Source: an uncultured Spirochaetota bacterium (GTDB lineage Bacteria > Spirochaetota > Spirochaetia > SZUA-6 > Fen-1364). Taken from it: a DNA stretch of 64,000 bases. Below are positions 30,349-43,000 of the stretch, piece by piece. Position 1 is the stretch's first letter. Each line of letters opens with the position of its first letter. The position numbers were made by a program, and so were the translations under genes. The stretch lies in NCBI GenBank assembly GCA_963745235.1, contig CAVUXE010000037.1, positions 64,001 through 128,000 on the forward strand. Direction: 5' to 3'. The notes under the pieces are model-generated. The model was not told the origin of the DNA. It worked only from the letters and a program-made list of their open reading frames with translations, and did not search any database.

Positions 30349-33036
30349 ATGTCTGACGATCTCAGGCCTGATCCCGACGCCCTGCTGCGCGCCGTGGAAA
30401 AGGAGCGGGAGGGGAAAGGCAAGCTCAAGATTTTCTTCGGCATGGCCGCGGGGGTGGGCAAGACCTACTCCATGCTCAAGGAGGCGCGGCAGAAGCAGGA
30501 GGAGGGGGTGGACGTCGTCATCGGCTACCTGGAGAGCCACCAGCGAAAAGAGACCGAAGAGCTCGCCACGGGTTTCGAGACCATCCCCCGAATGACCCTG
30601 GACTACCGGGGGAGGACGCTGGAAGAGATGGACGTCGATGCCGTCCTTGCCCGCAAGCCCGCCCTCGTGCTGGTGGATGAGCTGGCCCACACCAACGTGC
30701 CGGGCGCGCGAAACGGAAAACGCTACCAGGACGTCCTGGAGCTCACGGACCGCGGCATCGACGTCTTCACCACGGTGAACGTCCAGCACCTGGAAGGCTT
30801 CGCGGACACGGTGGAGGAGATCACCGGGATCCAGGTCCACGAGCGCATCCCGGATTCCATTTTCGACACCGCGGACCAGGTCGTCCTCATCGACATCTCT
30901 CCCGAGGAGCTTCTGAAGCGGCTGGCGGAGGGGAAGGTCTACCTGGGAGACGCGCGCGCAGCGCGGCCATGGAAAACTTCTTCAAGAAGAGCACGCTGAC
31001 CGCGCTGCGCGAGATGTCTCTGCGGCATACCGCGCTCCTCGTGGACCACCAGCTTGCAAGCTACGCGCGGGAAGGCGGGCGGGAGAGCCCCGCCAAGTCC
31101 GGGGACCGTCTCCTGGTTGCCATCAGCCCCAGCCCGAACTCGGCGCACCTGATCCGATGGACGCGCCAGAGGGCGTTCAACCTGAAGGCGGAATGGACCG
31201 CGCTCTTCGTCGAGACGGGCAATCCGCTCAGCGAGACCGCGCAGGAATCCCTGCGAAAGAACATGAACCTGGCGCGGCAGCTCGGCGCGGCCGTGGTGAG
31301 CATCCCCTCGGAGGATGTCGCGGACACGGTGCTGCGTTTTGCGCGCACCAACAACGTTTCCCAGATCGTCCTTGGCAAGTCCGGTCTCAGCACACACGCG
31401 CGGCTGTTTGCAAAGCGCTCGGTGACAGACCGGATCCTGGCGGCAAGCGGCGACATCGACGTTGCGGTCGTCCAGGAAAAGGGAACAACGGTCGTCCACA
31501 GGCCCACGAGCGTCGCCGCCGCGGCGAAGTCTCAGGCGGGCACATTCTCCCTGTCCGTGCTGCTCGTGGCAGCGGTCACGGTCATCAACCTCCTGGCCCT
31601 CCCCGTGGTCGGCTATCACTCCGTGTCCATTCTCTACCTTCTTTCGGTGATCGCCACGGCCTTTTTCGCCAGCCGCGCGGCCGTCATGGTCTGTGCGGCG
31701 CTGAGCGCCGTCCTCTGGGACTACTTCTTCATTCCGCCGCGCTTCACCTTCGTGATCAGCAAGCTCGAAGACGTGCTCATGTTCTTCCTCTACTTCGTGA
31801 CCGCCGCTGCCCTGGCATTCCTCATGTCCCGGCTGCGGAGCAACCAGCGGATGCTCGCCGTGCGGGAACGGCGGGTGACGCTCCTGTACAACTTCTCCCA
31901 GGAGCTTTCCATCACGCGCAGCATTCCCGAGATCGTGCAGAAGAGCCTGGGGCACATCTACGCGCTACTTCGAGGCGGAGTGTCTCCTGTTCCTGCGGGA
32001 GTCGGAGGCTTCCATAGAAAGGAGCGCGCGGTCGCTCACCGGCATCCAGGTCGACGACAAGGAGTTCGGCGTGGCGCAGTGGTGCTTCGACAACCGGACC
32101 CCCTGCGGTAAGTACACCGACACCCTGCACTTGGCGAGCTACCACTACATCCCGCTTCTGACCCCGGACTCGGCGGTCGGCGTCATGGCCATCCGCCTCC
32201 CGGAGGGACGCGCGTGGCCCCAGGACCAGGACGCATTCCTTCAGATCCTGGGGCGCAACCTCTCCCTTTCCATCGAGAGGGAGCTCCTGGCGGAGGAGAA
32301 CCGCAGGAACCTCATGGCGCGCGAATCCGAGAGGCTGGGCAGGGTGCTCCTGAACACGGTCTCCCACGAGCTGCGCACCCCTCTCACGACAATCAAGGGC
32401 TCGGTCACGGCCCTCATGGACGCCTCCACGGTGGAAGACCCCGAGGCGCGCTCCGCGCTGCTTTCCGAGACCCTGACGGCAACGGACCGCCTGAACTCCA
32501 TCGTGGAGAACCTCCTCAGCATGAGCAGGCTGGAATCCGGGATGCTGCGGCTGAAGAAGTCCGACAACGACATCTTCGATCTCGTCTCCGTGGTGGCTGA
32601 CGCACTGCGGCGCCAGTCCCGGGACCACCCCCTTTCCATCAGGATCGATGAGGATGTGCCGCTCGTGTCCCTTGACTTCATCCTGATGGTGCAGGTCCTC
32701 ACCAATATCCTGGTCAACGCGGTGCGGCATACCCCGTCGGGGACGCCCGTGGAAATAAGCGTGGAGAGAAAGGGCAGGGGGGCGCGGATCACGGTTGCGG
32801 ACGCCGGCCCGGGCGTGGACCCCGAGGAGCTTCCTCATCTGTTCGACAGGTTCTTCCGCGGGAAGAAAGCCGCCGCGGGAGGGGTCGGCCTGGGGCTCTC
32901 CATCTGCAAGGGGATCGTTGAAGCGCACGGCGGAAAGATCACCGCGTACATCAACCGCAAGGGAGGGCTGTCGGTTTCCATATTCCTTCCGGACAGCATC
33001 GTCGAGGTGCCTGCAGAGGAGAAGGCGGCCACATGA
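30349..33036 (+). CDS. kdpD: sensor kinase KdpD, frameshifts near 30960 and 31965
   Basis: GMAAGVGKT, DELAHTN, USP domain, 4 TMs, GAF, SHELRTPL, HATPase. Confidence 0.95.
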
Positions 33037-33710
33037 CATCCGTGCTGGTGATCGACGACGAGGTCCAGATCAGGAGGCTTCTTCGCGTGAGCCTGGAAAA
33101 GCAGGGGTACGCCGTGCACGAGGCAGGCACCGCGGCGGATGGCCTCCAGCTGGTGCTGGGGAAGAAGCCTGACATCGTGCTCCTGGACCTGGGGCTCCCG
33201 GACAAGGACGGCGCCGAGGCGCTTTCCGAGCTGCGCACGTGGTCATCCGTGCCCGTGATCGTCCTTTCCGTTCGAAACTCCGAGGAGGAGATCGTTCGCC
33301 TGCTCGACACGGGCGCGGATGACTACCTGATCAAGCCCTTCCATACCGGAGAGCTGGTGGCGCGCATCAAGGTTGCCATCCGTCACCGGGCCCCGCAGGA
33401 GAGCCAGGAGCCCTTCACGTCCGGCCGGCTCAGCGTCGACCTCATCACGCGCGAGGTCCGGGTGGAGGGGCAGCTGATCCGGCTGACCCCCACCGAGTAC
33501 GGTCTTCTGCGGACGCTCGTGCAGCATGCGGGTCGGGTAGTGACCCATGGCCAGATCCTGCGCGAGCTGTGGGGGCCGAATGTCGACCAGGACACCAACT
33601 ACCTGCGCGTGTACATCACGGGACTCAGGAAGAAGATAGAGGAAAACCCGCACATGCCCCGGCTCCTGATCACCGAGCCGGGCGTCGGCTACCGGCTCGT
33701 GTCCCAGTAG
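33033..33710 (+). CDS. kdpE: response regulator KdpE (OmpR family)
   Basis: [42 protein letters not shown]. Confidence 0.95.
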   Translation: MTSVLVIDDEVQIRRLLRVSLEKQGYAVHEAGTAADGLQLVLGKKPDIVLLDLGLPDKDGAEALSELRTWSSVPVIVLSVRNSEEEIVRLLDTGADDYLIKPFHTGELVARIKVAIRHRAPQESQEPFTSGRLSVDLITREVRVEGQLIRLTPTEYGLLRTLVQHAGRVVTHGQILRELWGPNVDQDTNYLRVYITGLRKKIEENPHMPRLLITEPGVGYRLVSQ

Positions 33711-33714
33711 GTGC

Positions 33715-35374
33715 TCACACGACCTCGGCGCCGCTCTCGGAAAGAAGCTTCAGCCCCATCTCCCGCAGCCGGTATTTCTGAATCTTGCCGCTCGCCGGTC
33801 ATGGGGAAAGATTCCACGAAGAACACGTACCGGGGGATCTTGAACCGCGATATCTGCCCGCGGCAGAAGTCCCGCACGTCCTCCTCACCGAGGGAAGCCC
33901 CGCCAGCAGGGACGACGAAAGCGCCCACCTCTTCTCCGTACTTCTCGCTGGCAATCCCGACCACCTGCACGTCCCTGATGCCGGGCATCCGCAGGAGGAA
34001 CTCCTCGATCTCGCGGGGATAGACGTTCTCCCCGCCGCGAATGATCATGTCCTTGATCCTTCCCGTGATCTTGAAGTACCCGGCCTCGTCAACGGTGCCC
34101 AGGTCTCCGGAGTGCAGCCAGCCCTGGGCGTCCACCGCCTCCGCGGTGGCCTGCGGCATGTTGTAGTAGCCCTTCATGACGTTGTACCCCCGGCAGACAA
34201 CCTCGCCCTGGCACCCCGGGGCAAGCTCGTTGTTGTTCGCCGGATCCTGGATCCTCACCTCGATGCCGGGCAGGGCCTGCCCCACGGTGGAAACTCGAAG
34301 ATCCACCGGATCATCCGTCGATGTCTGCGTCATGACGGGCGAGCCTTCGGTCAGGCCATAGGCGATGGTGATCTGCGAGGCGTGCATGTCGCTGATGACC
34401 CGGTTCATGATCTCCACGGGGCAGGGAGACCCCGCCATGATGCCCGTCCTGAGGCTTCCCGTGTCGAACATGCGGAACATCGGGTGGGAGAGCTCCGCAA
34501 TGAACATCGTGGGGACGCCGTACAGTGCCGTGCATCGCTCCTTCTGGACAGAGGCCAGGACGAGGAGCGGATCGAAGCTCTCCGCGATCACGGCGGTGGC
34601 GCCATGAGTCAGGATTGCCATGATCCCCAGCACGAGCCCGAAACAGTGAAAGAGCGGGACCGGGAGGCAGACTTTCTCCGCAGAGGTGAACTTCTGCCGC
34701 TCCCCGATGTGAAAGCCGTTGTTCAGGATGTTCAGGTGGGTAAGCATCACGCCCTTGGGGAACCCGGTGGTCCCCGACGTGTACTGCATGTTGATCACTT
34801 CGTCGCAGCTCAGGGCGCGCGAGGCGCTTTCAAGGGCATCCCCGGTCTCGTGGCTGCCCCGCAGAAGGAGCTCCTGCGTGTTGTACATCCCCCGGTGCTT
34901 CTCGGGGCCGATGAATATCACGGTCTTGAGACAGGGGAACCGGGGGCTGGAAAGCCTGCCTCTCTGGCAGGAGCGCAGCTCGGGGACCAGCTCGTTCACC
35001 ATGCCCACGTAATCGCTGTCTCGAAAGCCCGAAATGAGGCAGAGGGTCTTCATGTCCGACTGGCGCAGGAGGTACTCCAGCTCCGCCAGCCGGTAGGCCG
35101 TGTTCACCGTGACGGTGATGGCGCCAATTCTGCCAAGGGCGAAAAGGTATGTGAGCCAGTCCGGCACGTTGGTTGCCCATATGCCGACATGGTCCCCCTT
35201 GGCGATGCCGATTGCCAGAAGCCCGCGCGCCAGGGTGTTCACCCGTTCATCGAACTGGGCATACGTGAACCGGAGGTTGCGGTCCGGGTAAACGATGAAA
35301 TCCTTGCCCGGACTGACTGCCGCCTGCCTGGCAAGCACTTCCCCGAGCGTCTCGGCAATGGTTGTAGAGTCCAT
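33715..35374 (-). CDS. AMP-binding acyl-CoA synthetase, frameshift near 33795
   Basis: [41 protein letters not shown]; SGKIQK lies in the shifted frame. Confidence 0.92.
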
Positions 35375-35389
35375 CAGTCCGACTTTCAA

Positions 35390-35977
35390 TTACGGCGCGT
35401 AGACCACGCCAATGACCTTGGCTTCCTGGTCCCCGGCGCTATGCACATGGTGAGGGACAATGCTGTCATAGTAGATGCTGTCCCCGGGGCGCAGACGGTA
35501 GGTGTCCTTTCCGTATTCGATCTCCACTTCGCCGGAAAGGACGTAGACGAACTCCTCCCCCTCGTGCGTCGACGCCTGTGCATCCTGGGCAGAGGCGGGA
35601 TGGATATCGATCAGGAAAGGCTCCATGTGCCTTCCCGTCTTGTTTGCGGCCAGGGAGAAGAAGTCCAGGTCGCTGCGGTTCGGCCGCTCCCGCCCGGAGA
35701 AGCGCACAACCGCCTCGTGGGCCCCGGCCCGGGAGATCACCGGCCCCACCTGCTCCTGGTCATCCAGGAACGTGCCGAGGCGCACGCCCAGCGCGCGCGC
35801 TATCCTGATGAGCGGGCTGAGGGATGGAATGAGCGCCCCGGACTCGATCTGGCGCACGTGCTCCGCGTCCAGGTCGGCCCGGTCGGCAAGCTGTTCCGCG
35901 GTCATGCTCCTCGACTCCCGAATGGAGCGGACTTTCTCCCCAAGAGTGTTCCTGTCAACCACGACCTTACCTCCCAA
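35390..35977 (-). CDS. XRE-family HTH-cupin transcriptional regulator
   Basis: LGEKVRSIRE...QIESG...PSL..L.RIARALGV; HEGEEFVYVLSG, GDSIYYDS..PH. Confidence 0.9.
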   Translation of the reverse strand: MGGKVVVDRNTLGEKVRSIRESRSMTAEQLADRADLDAEHVRQIESGALIPSLSPLIRIARALGVRLGTFLDDQEQVGPVISRAGAHEAVVRFSGRERPNRSDLDFFSLAANKTGRHMEPFLIDIHPASAQDAQASTHEGEEFVYVLSGEVEIEYGKDTYRLRPGDSIYYDSIVPHHVHSAGDQEAKVIGVVYAP

Positions 35978-37122
35978 CCATGGGCGCCACGAGGAGCCCT
36001 ATCCCGTACGTTATGGCGGCCTCGCCAAGCCCGATCAGCATCATCTCCAGCCCGCTCCTCCACCAGCTTCGCCCCGTGACCACCACCTTTGCCGCCCCTA
36101 CTCCGAAATGGGCAAGCGTGCTGATTACGAATGAAATGACAAGCGCCGGCACCCCCGCGGATGAAGACGTACGGCAGCACGGGGACCGCGGCGCCGATGG
36201 CCGTGGCGGCAGTGGCGCTGACCGCGGATTTCCACGGGTTGGGAAATGCCTGCTCGGAGAGTCCCAGCTCCTCGTGGGCGAGGGTCTTCAGCATCTCCTC
36301 GGGGTTCTGGGCCATGCGGGCGGCCATGGCGTCGGCCTCTGCCTCTGTAAACCCTTTCAGCTGGTAGAACAGTGACAGCTCCTGCTGCTCCTCCTCAGGG
36401 TTGTCCTCTATCTCCATGCGCTCGCGGTTCATCTCCGCCTCGTGCACCTCTTTCTGCGACTTCTCCGCGAGGTAAGCGCCGCTTCCCATGGAAAGAGCCG
36501 AGGCCACCATGGAGGCGAAACCGCTGAGGAGGACGAAGGAGCTGTTGACATGGGTGGCGCCGGCGACGCCGCTCACGATCCCGAACGCCGCGCCCAGGCC
36601 GTCGTTGATGCCATAAATGGCCTGGCCGATCCAGCCTCCGCCGCGAACGTGACGCTCCTTGCCCAGGATGCCTTCCAGCACGCGAAGCGGGCGGGGCGAT
36701 TCTCCCACCATCTCCGTGAGGGCCCGATCATGGGCGCGTTCCATGCGGCCGGTCTCCTCGAACGCCAGCCGATCCTCCTCCGTGGGAGAAAGTGCAGCAA
36801 GCGTCTCATACCCGCCGTTGGCGTTGTCCTCCGCGGCCTCCATGACCTTCACGACCGCTTCCGGCCCCTTCTCCACGAGGGCCTTTCTGCGGGCCGTTTC
36901 CGCGGCGGTCTCGGTGTATGCCCCCGGGTCCGCCCCCAGCTCGCGCAGGCGCTTCTCCCATCTTTGGGCGTGCTTCACTTCCTCCGCCGCCATGCGCAGA
37001 AAGATGTCCCTCCGCTTCGGGTCCTTCTCCTTCTCAGCGGCCGCCGAATACGTGAGAGCGCTGGACTTCTCGTCCCTCCACGCCTTGCGAAGCTCGTCGA
37101 CGAATCGATCCCGGTCGGGCAT
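35967..37122 (-). CDS. rubrerythrin/ferritin-like domain fused to a VIT1/CCC1 iron exporter, frameshift near 36155
   Basis: EExxH and ExxH diiron motifs; IYGINDGL, ASALSMGSGAYL, PEEEQQEL. Confidence 0.9.
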
Positions 37123-37139
37123 ACGGCATCACCTCCGAG

Positions 37140-37466
37140 TCAGAAGCTGAAAAGAGCTACTCCCGCGAGGATCAGCCCCGTGCCGGCCCATGCCATGGGG
37201 GGAATCTTCTCACGGAAAACGACCAGCCCGCCAACCACCTGCACGCCGATGGCCGTCAGCCCCTCGGTGAGGGGGTAGGCGACGTGCAGGGATAGTCCGC
37301 GCAACAGGGCGGTAAAGGCAAGGACCCCGAGGAATCCCCCGAGGTTGCCGAGCACCTGCCACAGGAGAAATGCTTTCGCGCCCGCGGCGGCCGCCGAGCG
37401 CTTGAGGCAGATGTGCGCCCCCGTGTTTGCGCCAAGGTTCGCAAGGAGAAACAGGAGCGTCCTCAC
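37140..37466 (-). CDS. SMR/DMT-like 4-TM small transporter subunit
   Basis: 108 aa, LSLHVAYP, FREKI...GLILAGV. Confidence 0.8.
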   Translation of the reverse strand: MRTLLFLLANLGANTGAHICLKRSAAAAGAKAFLLWQVLGNLGGFLGVLAFTALLRGLSLHVAYPLTEGLTAIGVQVVGGLVVFREKIPPMAWAGTGLILAGVALFSF

Positions 37467-37852
37467 GAACCGCCGCCCCCTCCCGCGGGACTCTTCCTGT
37501 TCTCCTGCCTCCCCGCCCCCACCAGGATGATGCCGGCCGCCACAACGGCCGCACCGACAGCTTCAGTCGGTTTGAACGCCTCGTGAAAGACCAGGAGGGA
37601 GGCGGCAAGCTGGACGCCAAGCACCCCGACGCCCCTGCTCAGCGGGAAGGCGGTGTGCAGCGGCATTTCGCGAAGCAGTCCCGTGTACAGAAGAACGCCC
37701 GCCAACCCCGCGAGGTTGCCTCCCGCCTGGAATGCGAGGAACGGCCACACCCCGTCTGCATCCGCCGAGAGCTTGAGAAGAACGTTTGCCGCGGTCACCA
37801 CCACGGCATAGCAGGCCAGGAAGAGGACGGTCTTCACGGCTGCCTGCAGCAT
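37463..37852 (-). CDS. SMR/DMT-like 4-TM small transporter subunit (paralog)
   Basis: MPLHTAFP, FHEAF...AVVAAGI; GTGA overlap with its partner gene. Confidence 0.8.
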   Translation of the reverse strand: MLQAAVKTVLFLACYAVVVTAANVLLKLSADADGVWPFLAFQAGGNLAGLAGVLLYTGLLREMPLHTAFPLSRGVGVLGVQLAASLLVFHEAFKPTEAVGAAVVAAGIILVGAGRQENRKSPAGGGGGS

Positions 37853-37859
37853 GCGTGCG

Positions 37860-37888
37860 AGCATAGCGTCGCGATGCTGCGACGTCAA
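37860..37888 (-). promoter_or_regulatory. promoter TTGACG-17-TATGCT with an inverted repeat CGTCGC-N6-GCGACG, 7 nt before the ATG
   Basis: Near-consensus hexamers, no SD, and a palindrome across the spacer. Confidence 0.6.
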
Positions 37889-37959
37889 CGATCTGTGACG
37901 CAGCGGACGGCGGCGCCCCACGGCCTGACACGGCTGACGGACACACGCGGCCGGGCCTG

Positions 37960-38006
37960 TTGCGCGCACGGCCGCGGGATGGTATAATTGATTGAACGTT
38001 CAGTCA
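37960..38006 (+). promoter_or_regulatory. tetR operon promoter (TTGCGC-17-TATAAT, TGn-extended) with operator TGATTGAACGTTCAGTCA
   Basis: Perfect -10 at 37983-37988, followed directly by an 18-bp palindrome (one mismatched pair) at 37989-38006. Confidence 0.8.
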
Positions 38007-38021
38007 TTTTTGGAGAGGGAC

Positions 38022-38597
38022 ATGGCTCGGCCGCGTGACAGGGACAAACCCGCCCAGATCATCAGCGCAGCGTTCTCGGTTTTCGGCGAGGTCGGCTACG
38101 AGGCCACCAGCATTTCCCATATCGCCAGGCGGGCGGGAATCTCCTCGGGCACCGTCTATACCTATTTCAAGGACAAGAAGGACCTCTTCCGCGCGACCGC
38201 CCAGGATCGGTGGGACCGCTTCCTGGCACAGATCGAGGCGCTTGCGGATTCCCGGGAACCGACGCGGACCCGTCTCCAGGGACTGAACGAGATCGGGTTT
38301 GCGAGCCTGAAAAGCGCTCGTCCTCTCCTGCGCGGCATGCTGTTCGAATCGAGCCAGATGAACCTGCTCCAGGGAAACCTGGACAGGCTGTACGCGCTCA
38401 TCGAAAGGATCCTGACCGAGCCGGAGACGCCGGCGCGCCAGTCCGCCCAGGACGCGCGTCAGAGGCGGGCCCTGATTCGGATCACCGTGATAGGAGTCAT
38501 CTTTTCCGTTGCCCTGGCGGGGCCGGCGCGGGTGGACCGCGAGATACGGATTCTGCAGAGGGCCATGGCGCTTCGCCTCCAGGAGGCTGGACCGTGA
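38022..38597 (+). CDS. TetR/AcrR family regulator
   Basis: GYEATSISHIARRAGISSGTVYTYFKDKKDLF. Confidence 0.93.
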   Translation: MARPRDRDKPAQIISAAFSVFGEVGYEATSISHIARRAGISSGTVYTYFKDKKDLFRATAQDRWDRFLAQIEALADSREPTRTRLQGLNEIGFASLKSARPLLRGMLFESSQMNLLQGNLDRLYALIERILTEPETPARQSAQDARQRRALIRITVIGVIFSVALAGPARVDREIRILQRAMALRLQEAGP

Positions 38598-40010
38598 CGC
38601 GCATCGTCCCGGCCGCACTCGCGGCTTTTCTCTTTCTTGCCGGCGGAGTTGCCGCCGGGGCGGAGCCGTCCCCCGTAACCCTGGACCAGGCGCTTGCCCT
38701 TGCCCGCAAGAGCTCCGAGGCCATCCGCCTCTCCGAGCTTGCGCTTCAGAAATCCCAGGCGGCGCTGGGAGAAGCGCGCGGCAGGGGGTTTCCGCACGTT
38801 GACCTGGAGGCCTCCGGCTCGTACCTGGTGAACCCGCCGCCAGGGTACACGGTGGCTGCGGGAGCCCTGGGCTCGCCGGGCAATTCCGGCAGGCTCACCC
38901 CTTGGCAATCCAACCGCGATCTCTCTTGGCCCCATTCCGCAGAGCCCGTTCAACGTTGGCGCCTCCCTGCACAACTACTTCAGCCTCGGCGCCACGGTGA
39001 ACCAGCCCCTTTTCACCTGGGGAAAGATCAGGAGCGCAATCGACCTGGCCGCCCTCCAGGTGGACGCGGCGGGAACGGACATGAGCGCCCGACAGAGAGA
39101 CATCGACCGGCAGGTGGCAAGGTCGTATTTCAGCGCGCTCCTGGCTCACCGCTCGCTGGAAGCGCTGCAACGGATGAGAGACACGGCCGCCGAGATCGCC
39201 ACGGACCGACAAAAGGGCTTCGACGAAGGGACCATCAACAGGGAGTCGCTCCTGGAGGTGAAGGCGACATTTGCGGCCCTGGATGCGAGGCTCGTCGAAG
39301 CCGCGCAAAGCGAAACAACCGCCCTCGCCGGGCTGGCCGTGCTGACGGGACAGGAGACGACCGCCTCCTCTCTTGCAACCGACTTCCCGGCTTCCCTTCC
39401 TCAGCTTGACGAGCAGGCTCTCCTCTCGCGAGCCCTCCAGGGCTCCACCGACATGGGGGGGGCCCGCACGCGCGTGCAGGAGGCGCGCCGCAAGCTTTCC
39501 ATTGAGCAGGGAGGCGCCATCCTCCACCCGGACGTGAACCTCGGGATCTCCCTGGACGTCTCGGGCCAGGAGGACTTCCCCTATTCCGGCGCCTGGACCT
39601 TCAGCAACAACACCTGGAACGTTGACCTGCTCCTGACTCTCGGCGTGAAAATGAGCGCCTTCGATGGAATGGAGTCCCTGAACCGCATCCGCCAGGCGGA
39701 GAAAGACCTGGACATGGCTGACGTGGCCCTCACCCAGCAGGCGAAGGGCGTGCGCATCCAGCTGCGACAGGCAGTCGAAGCCGCGGTAAAAGCCGACGCT
39801 GACACGCAGGCTGCCCGGGCCCGCCTCGAATACCTGGAGGAAAAACTCCGCAATGCCGGGGTGGCCCTTGCCAACGGGCAGGCGAGCCGGGAGGACCAGC
39901 ACAACGCGGCAATCCAGGCGGGCTCCGCGGAGCTCGATCTCCTCCTTGCGCAGTACACCCGGGAGGAGGCACTTGCCGACATCCAGCGGATAACCGGAGA
40001 GCGCCCATGA
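38594..40010 (+). CDS. TolC-family outer membrane factor, frameshifts at about 38880-38940
   Basis: Signal peptide, TLDQALALA, QPLFTWGK, VARSYFSAL; located within the RND operon. Confidence 0.85.
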
Positions 40011-43000
40011 ACATCACAGAGCTTTCCGTCAGGCGTCCCACTGCCATCCTCATGGGAATGCTCCTCATTGCGGGCCTGGGTCTTGTCGGGTACATGAACC
40101 TGGGGGCGGACCTTTTCCCCGCCGTGGACACGCCCATCATCGTCATCCGCTCCACCTACGCGGGGGCGGGGGCGCAGCAGATCGACACGGACATCGTCAA
40201 GCCCATCGAGGATGCAGTCTCGGTGGTCAACGGGATCGACACGATGCGCTCAACCTCGGGTGTGGGTTTCGGCTACACGATCATCCAGTTCACCATGGCA
40301 ACGGACCTCAACGCCGCCCAGGTGGACGTGCAGAAGGCCATCAACGGGGTTGTCGACAAGCTTCCCCGGGACGCCACCCGGCCCGTCATCCTCACCTTCG
40401 ACGTCAACGCGCAACCCATCCTGATCCTTGCCATCACGGGGGACGTCACCCCGGAGCAGCTCTACAACCAGGCAGACACGGTGACGCGCGCAATCGAAGC
40501 GCTCCCCGGCGTGGGAAGCGTGACAATTGACGGAGGCCGGAAGAAAGAGCTCCTGGTCACCCTGGACAGGGAGAAGCTGGACTACTATTCGGTGAGCACG
40601 CAGACTCTCCTTGCGACTCTCCAGGCGGACAACATGAACGTGCCGGCGGGGGAGATCAAGCAGAGGTCGCGCGACCTCACGGTCCGCATGCTCGGGGAGT
40701 TCGCAAGCGAGCAGGACGTGAGCAACCTCCGGATCCCCACGGCCACGGGATCCACGGTGCCTTTATCCGAGATCGCGCAGGTGAAGCTGGATTATCCGGA
40801 TCCCGTACGCTCCGTCCGCCTGGACGGGAAGCCGGCCATTGGCATCGTGGTGCGCAAGCAGAGCAACGCGAACCTCATGGACACCGCGAACCGGGTCAAG
40901 CAGACGCTCCCCTCCCTGCGGGGCTCCCTGCTGCCGGGCACGCGGCTCACCCTTGCAAGCGATGCCACGCTGTTCGTGACCTCGTCCCTGGATGAGACCC
41001 GGCTGAACCTGCTGGAAAGCATCATCACGACCTCCCTGGTGCTTTTCCTTTTCCTCCGCCGGTGGCGCTCTTCCCTCATCGTTCTCGTTGCCATTCCTTT
41101 TTCCCTGGTCGGCACGTTCTTCGCCATGTACACGTTTCATTTCACGCTGAACATCGTGAGCCTCATGGCCCTGGGACTGTGCATCGGAATCCTCGTGGAT
41201 GACTCCATCGTGATACTGGAAAACGTGGACAGGCACATCCTGCTCGGGGAAGACTCCCGGACGGCGGCCGTGCGCGGGAGGATGGAGATTGGTCTTGCGG
41301 CCGTGGCCATCACGCTGTGCGACGTGGTGGTCTTCGCCCCCATTGCGTTCCTGTCGGACATCGTCGGCCAGTTTTTCCGCCAGTTCGGGGTGACCGTGGT
41401 GGCGGCAACGCTGCTCTCCCTGCTCGTCTCTTTCACGATAACGCCCATGATGGCATCACGCATGCTCAGCGCGGGAAAGCGCGCCGGCCCCGCCCCGGCT
41501 GGCGAGCAGGCAGGCGGAGGCGCCTTCGGCAGGTTCTTCGAGACGGGGATCAAGGGCGGCTACCGCGCGTTTCTCCAGTGGTGCCTGGCAAACCGCTGGA
41601 AGGTGATCATTTCCGTGGCTGTGCTCGTGGCAGCCAGCATCGCCCTCCTTCCCCTGAGAGTCATCCAGAGCGAGTTCCTCCCGACCTTTGATCAGAGCAG
41701 GCTCATCGTGGACCTGGACCTGGGTCCGGGCGCAACATTTTCCCAGGTGGATGAAAAGACCGCAATTGTTGAGCGACACCTGCTTTCCCTGCCGGAGCTC
41801 GAGACGATGTACGCCGGAGTCGGAGGCGCCACGGCGGGTTCCAAGTCTGAGATCCTCGTGAAGCTGAAGGACAAGTCGGCGCGGCGAAAGAGCCAGTCCG
41901 TGCTGGCGCGGGAGCTGCGGGAGTGGGGCCGGGCGCTGCCCGGCGTGGACTTCTCCGTCACCGAGCCCGGGGTCCTGGACCGCACGTCCATCGAGGGCAC
42001 CAAGCCTTTCATCGTCAACGTGACAGGGCCCAGCCCTGACGTGCTGCAGGACCTGGCGCGCGTTGTGGAGAGGGAGGTGAGGGCCGTGCGAGGCACTGCC
42101 GACGTGGACAACACGATGCGCGCCACGCAGGGCGAGGTGAATGTCATCGTGGACCGGCTTGCCGCCTCGGACTACGGCCTCACCGCCTCCGACATTGCAA
42201 GCGTCATGCGCGCGGCGCTCGCAGGCGCTGACGCGGGAGTCTACCGGCACGGCGGAGACGAGTTTGACGTGACGGTCCGCTACCGGGAGGACCAGATCCG
42301 GACCCCCGACGACCTGGCAACGCTGTCCATCACGAATCGCCTGGGCCAGCGGGTCCCGCTCACCCAGGTGGCCCGCGTCGTCAGGAGCGACAGCCCGCAG
42401 CAGGTCCTGCGTCGAAACAGGCAGAACGTGGCGACCATTACGGCGAATATCCAGGGGAGGCCCCTGGGCGCAATCACCGCCGAGGTGAAGCAGAGGCTGG
42501 GAAGCCTTTCCCTGCCCCTCGGGTACCAGATCGCCTACGGCGGGGACACGCAGTACATGGCGACATCCTTCCGCTCTTTGGCGTGGGCCCTGCTCGCCTC
42601 CATCCTGCTCGTGTACATGATCCTGGTCGTTCTCTACGAGTCGTTCCTCACGCCAATGATCCGCATGCTCTCCATTCCCTGCGGAGTCATTGGAGCTTTC
42701 GCCGCGCTTGCCATCACGGGCAAGGCCATCAACATCTTTGCATTCATCGGGCTCATCATGCTCGACGGGCTGATCTCCAAGAACGGCACACTTCTCATCG
42801 ACTACACGAACACCCTCGTGAAGAGGGGAATGCCGCTGCGCAAGGCCCTCCTGGAAGCCGGCGTCACAAGACTGCGCCCCATCCTGATGACCTCGGCGAC
42901 AATGATCGTGGGCATGATGCCGCTTGCCCTGTCTCTCGGGGCCTCCAGTGAGATACGGTCCGGGATGGCAGTGGTCCTGATCGGCGGCCTTGTCACCTCC

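Noticed and set aside
30349-33036. Naturally split KdpD
   Set aside because: The breaks fall mid-domain and homology continues directly in the neighbouring frame, as expected for indel errors.
33785-36079. Long antisense ORFs (764 aa here; also 25763-27667, 9187-10761, 13438-15105)
   Set aside because: Shadow frames of GC-rich genes on the opposite strand, with no recognisable motifs.
37853-37980. Guanidine riboswitch before the SMR-like genes
   Set aside because: No ykkC-type motif on the coding strand, the promoter abuts the ATG, and the proteins lack the Gdx Glu.
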